64,000 bases of DNA from an uncultured bacterium (GCA_963726455.1 CAVSCK010000004.1:1120001-1184000); one strand, 5' to 3'; shown: positions 38,683 to 49,111, numbered from the stretch's first letter. Translations and numbers: made by a program. The notes: a model not told the origin generated them from the sequence alone.

Positions 38683-40926
38683 GTGAAACCCTATCAGTCG
38701 ATCTGTTCAGTTGCAGCAGCCATTCTGGTCGTGAGCTATGTCGCCGGGGCACAGGAACCTGACGCAGCAGGGCGCTATGAATATCCACGGAAACCTTCAC
38801 TGACTGGCTTTCCGGACAGACCGTCTCGGAGCCTTCTCGAGGAGAGTTTCGGCGAGACAGCTACGCCCCCGAGAGAAGCCGGCGCCAATCACGTCCGCAC
38901 AACCTACTTTGGAAGCACACTCTGGACAGGGATGGAGGATGTGGCCCTTCAGGGCAACTATGCGTACTGCGGTCTTGCCAACGGCATTCAAATTATCGAC
39001 ATCGCCGACAAAACCAACCCGGGGTTGGTGTCGCAACTCGACCTTCCTCGTGGACAGGTCAGAGGCGTCACCATTTCCGAAAATCGATTGTACGTCGCCG
39101 ACGGCCCGGGCGGTCTGAAAATCGTTGACATCAGCAATCCCGCCAATCCCCAACTGCTCGGCTCGGTCGATATTCCGGCTGACGGCTATGCCTGCGATGT
39201 CGAAGTTGCGGGTAATTTTGCCTATCTCGCCGACGGCTTCGATGGACTCAGAGCCATTGACATCTGTAATCCAGCGGCTCCCGCCATGGTGGGAAGGTAC
39301 GATACGCCGGATTACGCCACGAGCGTCTGGCTATCGGGGAGCAATGCGTATGTCGCTGACCAATACTATGGATTGCAGATCATCGGCATCACCAATCCCT
39401 TCTCGCTTACTCTGGTTGGCTCTGATACCGTTGGAGCTATGGATTACTTTGGTCGTTACATGGGTGTCAGAGTGAGAGACAACTATGCCTATGCTGCCTG
39501 CTTTGAATCGTTCAGGATATTTGACGTGACCAACCCAGCATCACCGCATCAGGTCAAGCAGATCAGTAGTAATGGTTTCTTTATAGACATGGATTTCGTA
39601 GAGTTTAGTGACGAATACCAAACCTGGAAACTCCTCTATACTGCCGGTTGGGGCTATATTACGAAATTCGACATCACCGACCCGATTAATACTCATGCTG
39701 ATAACACCTTGGTCGGAGACCTCGATAGCCCTTTTGATCATCTGGTCGTGACCCCGGATTACCTTCTCGCCCCCCGAAGATATACCGGTCTGTGGATCGC
39801 TGGACACAACTTCTACGACTTTTACAGCAACCCAATTGGTCAGTACAAGACGGCGGCTCAAAACCGGGACCTCGCTGTCGAGGGTAATCGAGCGTACGTT
39901 GTCATGCCTGATGAAGGGGTGCAGATTCTCGACATCTCTAATCCGGAATCCCCGACTCCTCTTGGATTCTATTCAATATGCGAAGATCCTTGGAATTCCA
40001 TCGAACGCTACGCTTTTGACGGCAACAGAATGTGCTTGGTCATACATGCCCTTCAGGACACGCTACATATTGTTGACGCAACTGATCCGCTCAATATGTC
40101 CTATTTTTCCTATCCGGTTACGAACTACCTGGCTGCCGTAGCGATCAAAGGCGACAGGGTATACTTGTCAGAATACCGCATTGGTTCTCTGCGTATCCTT
40201 GACATTTCTGACCCGGAGGCCGCAACCGTTGTCGGCGTCTACCAGAGTTCTGCCCCCACTGCTATGGTCCTCGCAGTCCAGGACAGTCTGGTGTACCTAT
40301 GCACGACGTCGGGGCTGGAAATTCTTAACACCAGCGACCCGGCGAATATCGTGCGGATCGGTTTTTGCCCCAAATTGCTGGATACGCCGTACGATATCAA
40401 AATTCATGATCAACGGGCTTACATGGTCGGCACAGGCGGCTGCCAGATCGTTGACATCAGCAATCCGACGTCGCCTATGAACCTGGCTTTGCGTGATGAC
40501 ATCATAGCACCGGCGATTGACATCAGTGCAGACGGCAATTTCGCATACGTGGGCGCCGTCGAACATGGTGTCGGCATCTACCAGATCACAAGTCCGGTAC
40601 CACTGAATCAGGCCGGCCATTATACTGTCCCCGGTTACGCCTGGCGTGCTGTTCCGATTGGCAATCTCTTCTATGTGGTCGACGAAAATTCTCTTACGAT
40701 CGTGCGCACCGAGATGGCCACCTGCGGCGACCCCAACGGTGACGGCGGCACCGACATCTCCGATCCAGTATACTTGATATCTTACATCTTCGGAGGCGGA
40801 CCGGCTCCCGCTGCCGGAGAAAACAGTGATGTCGACTGCAGCGGATCCGTCGACATTTCTGATGTAGTTTTTTTGATCGGCTTTATATTTGGCACCGGCC
40901 TTCAGCCTTGCGAGCACTGCAAATAG
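38683..40926 (+). CDS. Secreted LVIVD-repeat protein with C-terminal dockerin-like domain (tandem paralog)
   Basis: Colinear with the previous gene (NHVRT..GSTLWTGMEDVA...CGDPNGDGGTDISDPVYLISYIF). Confidence 0.9.
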   Translation: MKPYQSICSVAAAILVVSYVAGAQEPDAAGRYEYPRKPSLTGFPDRPSRSLLEESFGETATPPREAGANHVRTTYFGSTLWTGMEDVALQGNYAYCGLANGIQIIDIADKTNPGLVSQLDLPRGQVRGVTISENRLYVADGPGGLKIVDISNPANPQLLGSVDIPADGYACDVEVAGNFAYLADGFDGLRAIDICNPAAPAMVGRYDTPDYATSVWLSGSNAYVADQYYGLQIIGITNPFSLTLVGSDTVGAMDYFGRYMGVRVRDNYAYAACFESFRIFDVTNPASPHQVKQISSNGFFIDMDFVEFSDEYQTWKLLYTAGWGYITKFDITDPINTHADNTLVGDLDSPFDHLVVTPDYLLAPRRYTGLWIAGHNFYDFYSNPIGQYKTAAQNRDLAVEGNRAYVVMPDEGVQILDISNPESPTPLGFYSICEDPWNSIERYAFDGNRMCLVIHALQDTLHIVDATDPLNMSYFSYPVTNYLAAVAIKGDRVYLSEYRIGSLRILDISDPEAATVVGVYQSSAPTAMVLAVQDSLVYLCTTSGLEILNTSDPANIVRIGFCPKLLDTPYDIKIHDQRAYMVGTGGCQIVDISNPTSPMNLALRDDIIAPAIDISADGNFAYVGAVEHGVGIYQITSPVPLNQAGHYTVPGYAWRAVPIGNLFYVVDENSLTIVRTEMATCGDPNGDGGTDISDPVYLISYIFGGGPAPAAGENSDVDCSGSVDISDVVFLIGFIFGTGLQPCEHCK

Positions 40927-40973
40927 CCAAAATGCAAGGGCTCCCTCTCAGGCGCCCTTCCCATATTCTCTGA

Positions 40974-40996
40974 GTAGTGGCGCACGGCAGTGCGCC
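40974..40996 (+). repeat. Solitary REP copy (family 1)
   Basis: GTAGTGGCGCACGGCAGTGCGCC, matching the RAYT-flanking unit at 45837-46908. Confidence 0.85.
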
Positions 40997-41018
40997 TCTC
41001 ACCAAACTCGCGACGGAA

Positions 41019-41240
41019 CTACATCTTCTTCCCCTTCAACTCCGCAATTCGTTCCTCCACCGCCTCCAGTTCCAGTTTCAATTCGGCGCGGTAACCTTCG
41101 AGCACCGCCAACTCTTCTTTGTGCGTCATGTATTGGCGCTGAAATCCCGCCTCATGACCGCACTCACATTCACATCCACAGCCATCATGCTCGTGCTCGT
41201 GACAGCCGCATTCTGACTCAGTTTTGTTCTTATGCATCAC
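41019..41240 (-). CDS. Small Cys/His-rich protein with C-terminal coiled coil (DUF5320-like)
   Basis: ECGCHEHEHDGCGCECECGH, then FQRQYMTHKEELAVLEGYRAELKLELEAVEERIAELK; GGAG RBS. Confidence 0.75.
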   Translation of the reverse strand: MMHKNKTESECGCHEHEHDGCGCECECGHEAGFQRQYMTHKEELAVLEGYRAELKLELEAVEERIAELKGKKM

Positions 41241-41345
41241 GTCTCCATTTCCTATTCAAGACCTGCTGTAACTTTCGCGTTTCTTCCTCCCATCGCCCCT
41301 TGGGAGAGGGGTCGGGGGTGAGGGTGCTGGATGGTCGATGCCGTT

Positions 41346-42734
41346 CTACTTCGGCCCCACCATCTTCTCCGGCCTTACAACTTCGTCAAACTTTTCTGCG
41401 GTCAACAAACCCAGTTCCACCGCCGCTTCCTTCAAGGTCGTGCCTTCCTTATGCGCCTTCTTGGCAACCTTGGCCGCATTGTCATAACCGATATGCGGAT
41501 TAAGTGCCGTCACCAGCATCAACGACTTGTTCAGCAGGTTATTGATGTTCTCCTTGTTCGGCTCGATCCCCACCGCACAATGTTGGTTGAACATATCGCA
41601 CGAATCCGCCAACAATCTGATCGACTGCAGCAGGTTAAAGATCATCACCGGCTTGAAGACGTTCAGCTCGAAATTGCCCATACTCCCCGCAACCGCAACA
41701 GCATTGTCATTGCCGATCACCTGAACGCAAACCATCGTCATTGCCTCCGGTTGCGTCGGATTGACCTTGCCCGGCATAATCGACGACCCCGGCTCGTTCT
41801 CCGGAATCCTCAGTTCGCCGATTCCGCAACGGGGACCCGATGCCAGCCAGCGTACATCATTGGCGATCTTCATCAGTGAACAGGCCAGCACCTTCATCGC
41901 GCCCGAGGCCTCGACAATCGCGTCGTGCGCGGCCAGTCCCTCGAACTTGTTCCTGCCGGTGATAAACGGCTTACCTGTTATCTTGGCAATCGCTTCCGCC
42001 GACTTGACCGCAAACTGCGGATGCGTATTCAATCCGGTGCCGACTGCCGTCCCACCGAGCGCCAATTCGTAAAGATGCGGCAGACAGTTGTTGATCCTCT
42101 CCAGGCCGCAGGTGAGTTGATGCACATAACCGGAGAATTCCTGCCCTAGTGTCAGCGGCACGGCGTCCATCAAATGCGTCCGGCCGATCTTGATAATGTC
42201 CTTAAACTCAACCGATTTCTTCTGCAGCGTATCCCGCAACTGTGTTACCATCGGAATCAGCCGATTATGAATCGACTCGACCGCCGCTATATGCATCGCT
42301 GCCGGGAAGGTGTCGTTCGACGACTGGGCCTTGTTGACATCATCGTTTGGGTGGATCGGTTTCTTCGATCCCATCACGCCGCCTGCCATCTCAATCGCGC
42401 GATTCGAAATGACTTCGTTGGCATTCATGTTCGTCTGTGTGCCCGAACCGGTCTGCCAGACCACAAGCGGAAAATGGTCATCCAACTTTCCCTCAATAAC
42501 CTCGTCGGATGCCAGAATTATCAGGTCGGCTTTGTCTGCCGGCAGCAATCCCAATTCTTTGTTGGCCATTGCCGCGGCTTTCTTGAGAATGCCAAACGCG
42601 CGAATCAATTCATGCGGCATCCGTTCGCCGCCGATCTTGAAATTCTCCAGCGACCGGGCCGTCTGGCAGCCATAATAGCGGTCAGCCGGGACCTTCATCT
42701 CCCCCATTGTGTCCGTTTCTATTCGGTAATCCAT
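41346..42734 (-). CDS. fumC: Fumarate hydratase class II
   Basis: [51 protein letters not shown]. Confidence 0.97.
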   Translation of the reverse strand: MDYRIETDTMGEMKVPADRYYGCQTARSLENFKIGGERMPHELIRAFGILKKAAAMANKELGLLPADKADLIILASDEVIEGKLDDHFPLVVWQTGSGTQTNMNANEVISNRAIEMAGGVMGSKKPIHPNDDVNKAQSSNDTFPAAMHIAAVESIHNRLIPMVTQLRDTLQKKSVEFKDIIKIGRTHLMDAVPLTLGQEFSGYVHQLTCGLERINNCLPHLYELALGGTAVGTGLNTHPQFAVKSAEAIAKITGKPFITGRNKFEGLAAHDAIVEASGAMKVLACSLMKIANDVRWLASGPRCGIGELRIPENEPGSSIMPGKVNPTQPEAMTMVCVQVIGNDNAVAVAGSMGNFELNVFKPVMIFNLLQSIRLLADSCDMFNQHCAVGIEPNKENINNLLNKSLMLVTALNPHIGYDNAAKVAKKAHKEGTTLKEAAVELGLLTAEKFDEVVRPEKMVGPK

Positions 42735-42914
42735 GAAATCCTCCTGATATGACATAATAAGTATATGATGTCAGGCAGATTACACGAAAGCCACCGATTG
42801 TCAACCGGAAATTGAGTTCGCTGAGGCCCGACAAATTTCCGCCGCGTCAATGGACGCGACCAGAGGCGCTCGCCCCAGTGCATCAGAATCTAATCCTTGG
42901 GAACAACAGACGCG

Positions 42915-42951
42915 ATCTTGCCTCGCTGCGAAATCAGTCAGCGAGGTAGAT
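42915..42951. terminator. Hairpin downstream of rpmB
   Basis: CCTCGCTG-N10-CAGCGAGG with flanking ATCT/AGAT extension. Confidence 0.55.
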
Positions 42952-42967
42952 GCTTATCAGGATAATT

Positions 42968-43159
42968 CTAGTGGACTTTTTCGGCCTTGCCGGCTTTAAG
43001 GCAACGCGTGCAGATCGACACCTGCTGAACCCGCCCGTTTACGCGAGCCCGCACCCGGCGCAAATTCGGGTTGAACCGCCGATTGGTCATGTTGTGCGCG
43101 TGGGACACGGTGTGGCCGAACATCGGCTTCTTGCCGCAATAATCACAAATTCTCGACAC
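42968..43159 (-). CDS. rpmB: 50S ribosomal protein L28 (Cys-containing form)
   Basis: GTG start after GGAGGA; [32 protein letters not shown]...CTRCLKAG. Confidence 0.95.
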   Translation of the reverse strand: MSRICDYCGKKPMFGHTVSHAHNMTNRRFNPNLRRVRARVNGRVQQVSICTRCLKAGKAEKVH

Positions 43160-43287
43160 GTCAAATCCTCCAAAAATACAGACTTCTATAATAACCATAA
43201 TTCCCGCCAATGCAAGAAATTCCTGACAATATTTTTTTTATTCAAATTAGCACTTGATTAACTCAAGAAACGTATTTCCTTTGGAAT

Positions 43288-43448
43288 GCCGGGAGGCCCA
43301 GATATTTAGACCGGATATCCCCGGCCTGGTTAGAATGGCGTGGCTGACGCCAAATGCCCTAACCAAACATAATTTGATTCGGCTTTCCCATTGGACGGGA
43401 AGGTTGACATGTCAAACACCAAACCTAACAAGCTGAGGGCCTCCCGGC
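43288..43448 (-). ncRNA. Unidentified structured RNA candidate (161 nt)
   Basis: 12-bp perfect terminal stem GCCGGGAGGCCC/GGGCCTCCCGGC plus five internal helices; A-C mismatches on the plus strand become G-U pairs on the minus strand. Confidence 0.6.
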
Positions 43449-43555
43449 TCTTTTTATATCCCCCCACATCCCCGCCCTTGCTGTCTAAATACAGATTTTC
43501 CTTGCATCTATAATGCCCTGTTTCTACTTTCCCTGCTCTAACGGCTGGAGGAAAC

Positions 43556-45787
43556 ATGGCGGATCCGAATATCACCCCCGAATTAGTGGCTGAACATGGG
43601 CTCTCTTCCGAGGAATACGAACGCATCAAGTCCATTCTCGGTCGCGAACCCAGTTTCACCGAATTGGGCGTATTCTCCGTCATGTGGTCCGAACACTGTT
43701 CCTACAAGAACTCGATTGCACTGATCAAAACCCTGCCTCGCAAAGGCAAAGGCCTCCTGACTGAGGCCGGCGAGGAAAACGCCGGCGCTGTCGATCTCGG
43801 CAACGGCATGGCCGTCGTCTTCAAAATCGAATCGCACAATCATCCGACTGCGGTCGAACCCTATCAGGGCGCCGCGACCGGTGTCGGCGGCATCCTGCGT
43901 GACATCTTCTGCATGGGCGCTCGCCCCATTGCCGCTCTCAATTCGCTGCGTTTCGGCCCGCTGTCCGAAGCGCGTTCGCGATTTCTCTTTGACGGTTCTG
44001 TGCGCGGCATTGGTGACTACGGCAACTCGTTCGGCGTGCCCACGGTCGGCGGCGAGGTCTATTTCGAGGACTGTTACTCCGCCAATCCCCTGATCAACGC
44101 TATGGCTGTCGGCATCTGCAAAACCGACCGCATGGCCTCCGCGACCGCCAAAGGCGAAGGCAATCCCGTATTCATCGTCGGTTCTTCAACCGGCCGCGAT
44201 GGTATACACGGCGCTACGTTCGCTTCCGAAGAAATTTCCGAGAAATCAGAGCTCAAACGCCCGTCCGTTCAAATCGGCGACCCCTTCACCGAGAAATTGC
44301 TTCTGGAAGCCACTCTCGAAATCATCAGGGAAGACCTGATCGTCGGCGTGCAGGACATGGGCGCGGCCGGAATCACCTGCTGCAGTTCCGAAATGGCGGC
44401 GCGCGGCAAAAGCGGCATCGAAATCAATCTCGATCTCGTTCCCGTCCGTGAGGATCGCATGACCGCCTACGAAATCATGCTTTCCGAATCACAGGAACGC
44501 ATGCTCGTGGTCGGCAAGAAAGGCAAAGAACGCGAGATCAACGAAGTTTATCGCAAGTGGGATCTTAATTGCGTCGAAATCGGCAAAGTCACCTCCGGTG
44601 GCAACATGAAAGTCTGGATGGGCGGCAAAGTCGTCGCCGATATTCCGGCGGATGACCTTGTCCTGGGTGGCGGTGCGCCTGTTTATACCCGCGAACAGCG
44701 CCGTCCAGCTTATCTGGATGAAACAGTGAGCTTCGATTTCACCAGTCTCGCGATCCCGCACGATTTTAACGAAATCCTGAAACAACTCGTTTCGTCGCAC
44801 AATATCGCATCCAAACGTTGGGTTTTTGAACAATACGATTCCATGGTGCGCACCAACACAGTCACCGGCCCCGGCGCGGATGCCGCCGTGATCCGTGTTA
44901 GGCACACGCCGAAAGCATTGTCTCTCGCAACCGACTGCAACGCCCGCTATTGTTATCTTAACCCGCGTCGTGGCGCACAAATTGCCGTAGCCGAATCGGC
45001 GCGCAACGTCGCCTGCTCCGGCGCGCGACCGGTGGCGATCACCAACTGCCTTAATTTCGGCAATCCCTACAAGCCCGAGATGTATTACATGTTCGCTGAG
45101 GCCGTTGCCGGCATGGGCGAAGCTTGCCGCGTGTTCGAAACCCCGGTCACCGGCGGCAATGTGTCATTCTATAACGAAGACCCGGAGCGCGCTGTTTATC
45201 CAACCCCGACTATTGGTATGCTCGGCATCATTGATGACATCGCACATTACATGACCAGCAACTTCAAGGAATCGGGTGACCTGATCGCGCTCATAGGAAC
45301 GACCAAGGACGAACTGGGCGGGAGTGAATACCTCAAGGAATTCCACGGCCTGATCAAGGGCGATGCACCGTCAATCGATCTCGACTTCGAGAAGTGCCTG
45401 CAACGTTTCATCCTCGAAGCCATCAAAAGTAGTCTCGTCAAATCCGCCCACGACATCTCCGAAGGCGGCCTTGCCGTGGCTCTCGCCGAATGCTGTTTCG
45501 GTGATCGCGAACATCTCATTGGCGCCAAAGTCAGCTTCAAGCTCGATCTCCGTGCGGACGCCCTCTACTTCGGCGAATCACAGTCCCGGGTGATCTTGTC
45601 CCTCAATTCCGACAAGCGCGGTTCCTTGTCTCAACTTGCTTCCTCGATGAACATCCCGATTGCCTTCATCGGCGAAATCGGTGGCGACCGCCTCCAAATC
45701 AACCGCGACATCAATCTGCCTGTCCTCGACCTCTCGGACGCTTTCTACGACTCCATCGGCAAAGCCATGCACCAACCGACACGATAG
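43556..45787 (+). CDS. purL: Phosphoribosylformylglycinamidine synthase subunit PurL
   Basis: [60 protein letters not shown]. Confidence 0.98.
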   Translation: MADPNITPELVAEHGLSSEEYERIKSILGREPSFTELGVFSVMWSEHCSYKNSIALIKTLPRKGKGLLTEAGEENAGAVDLGNGMAVVFKIESHNHPTAVEPYQGAATGVGGILRDIFCMGARPIAALNSLRFGPLSEARSRFLFDGSVRGIGDYGNSFGVPTVGGEVYFEDCYSANPLINAMAVGICKTDRMASATAKGEGNPVFIVGSSTGRDGIHGATFASEEISEKSELKRPSVQIGDPFTEKLLLEATLEIIREDLIVGVQDMGAAGITCCSSEMAARGKSGIEINLDLVPVREDRMTAYEIMLSESQERMLVVGKKGKEREINEVYRKWDLNCVEIGKVTSGGNMKVWMGGKVVADIPADDLVLGGGAPVYTREQRRPAYLDETVSFDFTSLAIPHDFNEILKQLVSSHNIASKRWVFEQYDSMVRTNTVTGPGADAAVIRVRHTPKALSLATDCNARYCYLNPRRGAQIAVAESARNVACSGARPVAITNCLNFGNPYKPEMYYMFAEAVAGMGEACRVFETPVTGGNVSFYNEDPERAVYPTPTIGMLGIIDDIAHYMTSNFKESGDLIALIGTTKDELGGSEYLKEFHGLIKGDAPSIDLDFEKCLQRFILEAIKSSLVKSAHDISEGGLAVALAECCFGDREHLIGAKVSFKLDLRADALYFGESQSRVILSLNSDKRGSLSQLASSMNIPIAFIGEIGGDRLQINRDINLPVLDLSDAFYDSIGKAMHQPTR

Positions 45788-45836
45788 AAATGAGATACTG
45801 AAGGGAGGGCGGCCAATTTGAATATCCACAGTCCCC

Positions 45837-45943
45837 GTAGTCGCGCACGGCAGTGCGCCTCATTTCCCATCATCTCCCGTAGTCGCGCACGGCAGTGAGT
45901 CTCATTTCCCATCATCTCCTGTAGTCGCGCACGGCAGTGCGCC
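45837..45943 (+). repeat. Left REP array: 3 units with 42-bp period
   Basis: GTAGTCGCGCACGGCAGTGCGCCTCATTTCCCATCATCTCCC starting at 45837, 45879 and 45921 (the third lacks the linker). Confidence 0.92.
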
Positions 45944-45956
45944 ATAGAGCCCTGAA

Positions 45957-46487
45957 ATGAATGACAATGAACGACCCCGATCTCATCGACTTAAGGGCTA
46001 CGACTACTCTCAAGAGGGTGCCTATCACCTCACTATTTGCGCCCACAACCGTCAGCACCTGTTTGGCGGTCTACATGGAGAAGTTGTTGATTTAAGCCGC
46101 ATAGGACTCATCGTCAAAGAAGAATGGTTTCGTTCGGAAGTCATTCGCTCAGAGCTCATTCTCGACGAGTTTATGATCATGCCAAACCACTTTCACGGAA
46201 TAGTCTTCATCAGCTTCGGAAACGAACTCCGTAAGCCGGTAGTCCAGCAAGCGCACTCCCGTGCGCAACTACAAAGACAGCGTCGCTCAGTCAGCTCCTT
46301 TGTTGCTCAGTTTAAGTCCGTCGTCACTACTCGCATACGTAAGGAAATCAGTCAGAATATACGTCAAGTGTGGCAGCCAAACTTCCATGATAGAATCATT
46401 CGTGATGAAGATGAACTTCTCAAGACACGCCAGTACATACGCGATAACCCTCTAAAGTGGTCACTTGACGAGTACTTTTCGGAATGA
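45957..46487 (+). mobile_element. REP-associated tyrosine transposase (RAYT/TnpA-REP, IS200-like Y1 HUH family)
   Basis: RLKGYDYSQEGAYHLTIC, MPNHFHGIV (HUH), FVAQFKS, WQPNFHDRIIR, YIRDNP (catalytic Tyr); flanked by GTAG-hairpin REPs. Confidence 0.92.
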
Positions 46488-46509
46488 TTCGCAAGAAACT
46501 CTGTTTGGC

Positions 46510-46908
46510 GTAGTCACGCACGGCAGTGCGCCTCAATCTCCATCATCTCCCGTAGTCCCGCACGGCAGTGCGCCTCAATCTCCATCATCTCCCGTAGTCA
46601 GGCACAGCAGTGCGCCTCAATCTCCATCATCTCCGGTAGTCCCGCACAGCAGTGCGCCTCAATCTCCATCATCTAGTGTAGTCCCGCACGGCAGTGCGCC
46701 TCAATCTCCATCATCTCCCGTAGTCCCGCACAGCAGTGCGCCTCAATCTCCATCATCTCCCGTAGTCCCGCACAGCAGTGCGCCTCAATCTCCATCATCT
46801 CCCGTAGTCCCGCACGGCAGTGCGCCTCAATCTCCATCATCTCCCGTAGTCCCGCACGGCAGTGCGCCTCTGCGTGCATTCGGACTACGCACTGCCGTGC
46901 GTGACTAC
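46510..46908 (+). repeat. Right REP array: 9 units with 42-bp period, closed by one inverted REP
   Basis: Consensus GTAGTCCCGCAC(G/A)GCAGTGCGCCTCAATCTCCATCATCTCCC at 46510, 46552, 46594, 46636, 46678, 46720, 46762, 46804, 46846; inverted copy CGCACTGCCGTGCGTGACTAC ends at 46908. Confidence 0.95.
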
Positions 46909-46925
46909 ATCTGTGCCCTTCAATC

Positions 46926-46955
46926 AAAAAGCCGGCGAATCACTCCACCGGCTTC
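46926..46955 (-). terminator. Intrinsic terminator
   Basis: AAGCCGG...CCGGCTT followed by a T run on the minus strand. Confidence 0.6.
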
Positions 46956-47001
46956 ATTATTTTCTCACAGGCATGATCCGCCTGCTGTCGTACCGTTGAA
47001 A

Positions 47002-47208
47002 CTACTCCAACATGTCGTAGAGATCGAGTTCGGTCTCCAGCGTATAGTTGTCGCCGTTCTTCCGCTCCGAAATATTGAGCGCCATCAGTCGGTTATTCTT
47101 CTCGAACAACAGCAGCAATTGTCCCGAATTCCCCGGTTGCATAAATCCCTTCAGTTCCGCTCCACGCAGCTCTCCCTGTTTGCTGATAAATACTTCGCTG
47201 AGCTTCAT
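47002..47208 (-). CDS. Small hypothetical protein (68 aa)
   Basis: GGAGG RBS, MKLSEVFISKQGELRGAELKGFMQ...; followed by a terminator. Confidence 0.6.
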   Translation of the reverse strand: MKLSEVFISKQGELRGAELKGFMQPGNSGQLLLLFEKNNRLMALNISERKNGDNYTLETELDLYDMLE

Positions 47209-47444
47209 CTCTTCCTCCAATGAAGTTCGAGTTTCTTGATTTGGGCAAGTAATGGACTAAGTAACGCGCCGAGGTATCTCGCCACGGCGGTCTGATACTA
47301 TATAAACGCCGCTACTCATGCAAACATAAAATACAAACATTTCCCCTCGCCCATCAGGAGAAGGGTAAGAGGCGAGGGAGTCGCACATTCCCCCGTTGAC
47401 TCCCACTCCTTCTCTGTATAACTTACCCTAAACCGGAGGTAACC

Positions 47445-49105
47445 ATGGAAACCACTGCCACTCGCAATATCAAAGGCGCACCGCTCTCCTGCAAGGGTTG
47501 GGCACAGGAAGCGGCGTTGCGCATGCTCAACAACAACCTCGATCCTGATGTCGCCGAAGATCCCAAAAACCTGGTCGTCTACGGCGGTTCCGGCAAAGCC
47601 GCGCGCAATTGGGAATGTTATCACGCCATCGTCCGCAGTCTCAAGTCATTGGAGAACGACGAGACCTTGCTGGTACAATCCGGCAAACCGGTCGGCATTT
47701 TCCGCACGCATGACTATGCCCCACGCGTCCTGATCGCCAATTCCAACATCGTCCCCCATTGGGCAACCTGGGAGAAATTCCGCGAACTGGACAAGCTGGG
47801 CCTCATCATGTACGGTCAAATGACCGCCGGCTCCTGGATTTACATCGGTACGCAGGGTATCCTGCAAGGTACCTACGAAACCTTCGCCGCCTGCGGTGAC
47901 AAACATTTCTGCAATGACATCAAAGGGCGACTGATCCTCACCGGCGGTATGGGCGGGATGGGTGGCGCCCAGCCGCTGGCTGCCACTATGAATGGCGCGA
48001 TCATGCTCTGTGTCGAGGTCGACGAGCATCGCATCGACCGCCGCATCGAAACCCGCTATTGCGACCGTAAGGCACGAAACATCGACGAAGCTCTCAAGTG
48101 GGTTGACGAAGCCCGGAAGAAGAACGAGCCGATATCCATCGGCCTTGTCGGCAATTGCGCTGATGTCGTGCCCGAATTGGTGCGCCGCAATATCGTCCCC
48201 GACATGGTGACCGACCAGACTTCCGCACATGACGAACTCAACGGCTACGTCCCGAATGGCATGCATTATGAAGAAGCCATCCGTCTGCGTCAATCCAATC
48301 CGCAGGAATACATCAAGCGCTCCAAAGATGCTATGGTCGTCCACTGTCAGGCCATGATCGACCTGCAGAAGAAGGGCGCTGTCGTGTTCGACTACGGCAA
48401 CAACCTTCGCGGTCAGGCCTTCGCGCACGGCCTCAAGACCGCATTTGCGTTTCCCGGTTTTGTGCCCGCCTACATTCGCCCGCTATTTTGTCAGGGCAAA
48501 GGACCATTCCGATGGGCAGCGCTATCGGGTGATCCAAATGACATCGCCGTCACCGATGAAGTCGTCAAGAGAGAATTCTGCGTACAATCCTGCACTTGTC
48601 CGCTGGATTGATCTCGCCGCCAAGCGCGTGAAATTCCAGGGACTTCCCTCGCGCATCTGTTGGCTCGGTTACGGCGAGCGCGCCAAATTCGGCCTGATTA
48701 TCAACGACCTCGTCAAGTCAGGCAAGATTTCCGCGCCCTATCGTCATTGGTCGCGACCATCTCGATTGCGGTTCGGTCGCTTCCCCCAATCGCGAAACCG
48801 AATCGATGAAGGACGGCTCCGATGCCATCGCCGACTGGCCGCTGCTTAAATGCGCTGCTCAATACCGCTTCCGGCGCGTCCTGGGTCAGCATCCATCATG
48901 GCGGCGGCGTGGGTATCGGCTACAGCATCCATGCCGGTCAGGTGATCGTCGCCGACGGCACCGACATGATGGCCAAACGTCTCGAACGCGTCCTGACCAA
49001 CGACCCCGGTACCGGCATTATGCGCCATGTCGACGCCGGCTACGACGAAGCCAAGTCGTTCGCGAAGCAGCACCCGGACATTAAGACTTCCGATGGCGGA
49101 GTAAG
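47445..49105 (+). CDS. hutU: Urocanate hydratase, with four +1 frameshifts in the 3' third
   Basis: [49 protein letters not shown], then [45 protein letters not shown] in successive frames. Confidence 0.95.
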
Positions 49106-49111
49106 GGAAGT

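Noticed and set aside
36344-40926. Diversity-generating retroelement template/variable repeat pair in the dockerin tails
   Set aside because: Both copies are inside coding genes, mismatches are mostly C/T on the coding strand, and no reverse transcriptase is present in the window.
46510-46870. CRISPR array
   Set aside because: The sequence between hairpins is essentially constant (no unique spacers), units begin with a GTAG REP foot, the adjacent gene is a RAYT, and no cas gene is in the window.
46465-47223. 252-aa ORF with PHGSAPQSPSSPVV repeats (and minus-strand MMEIEAHCRAGLRE ORFs)
   Set aside because: By-product of a 42-bp (3n) DNA repeat; it overlaps a terminator and an RBS-led gene on the opposite strand.
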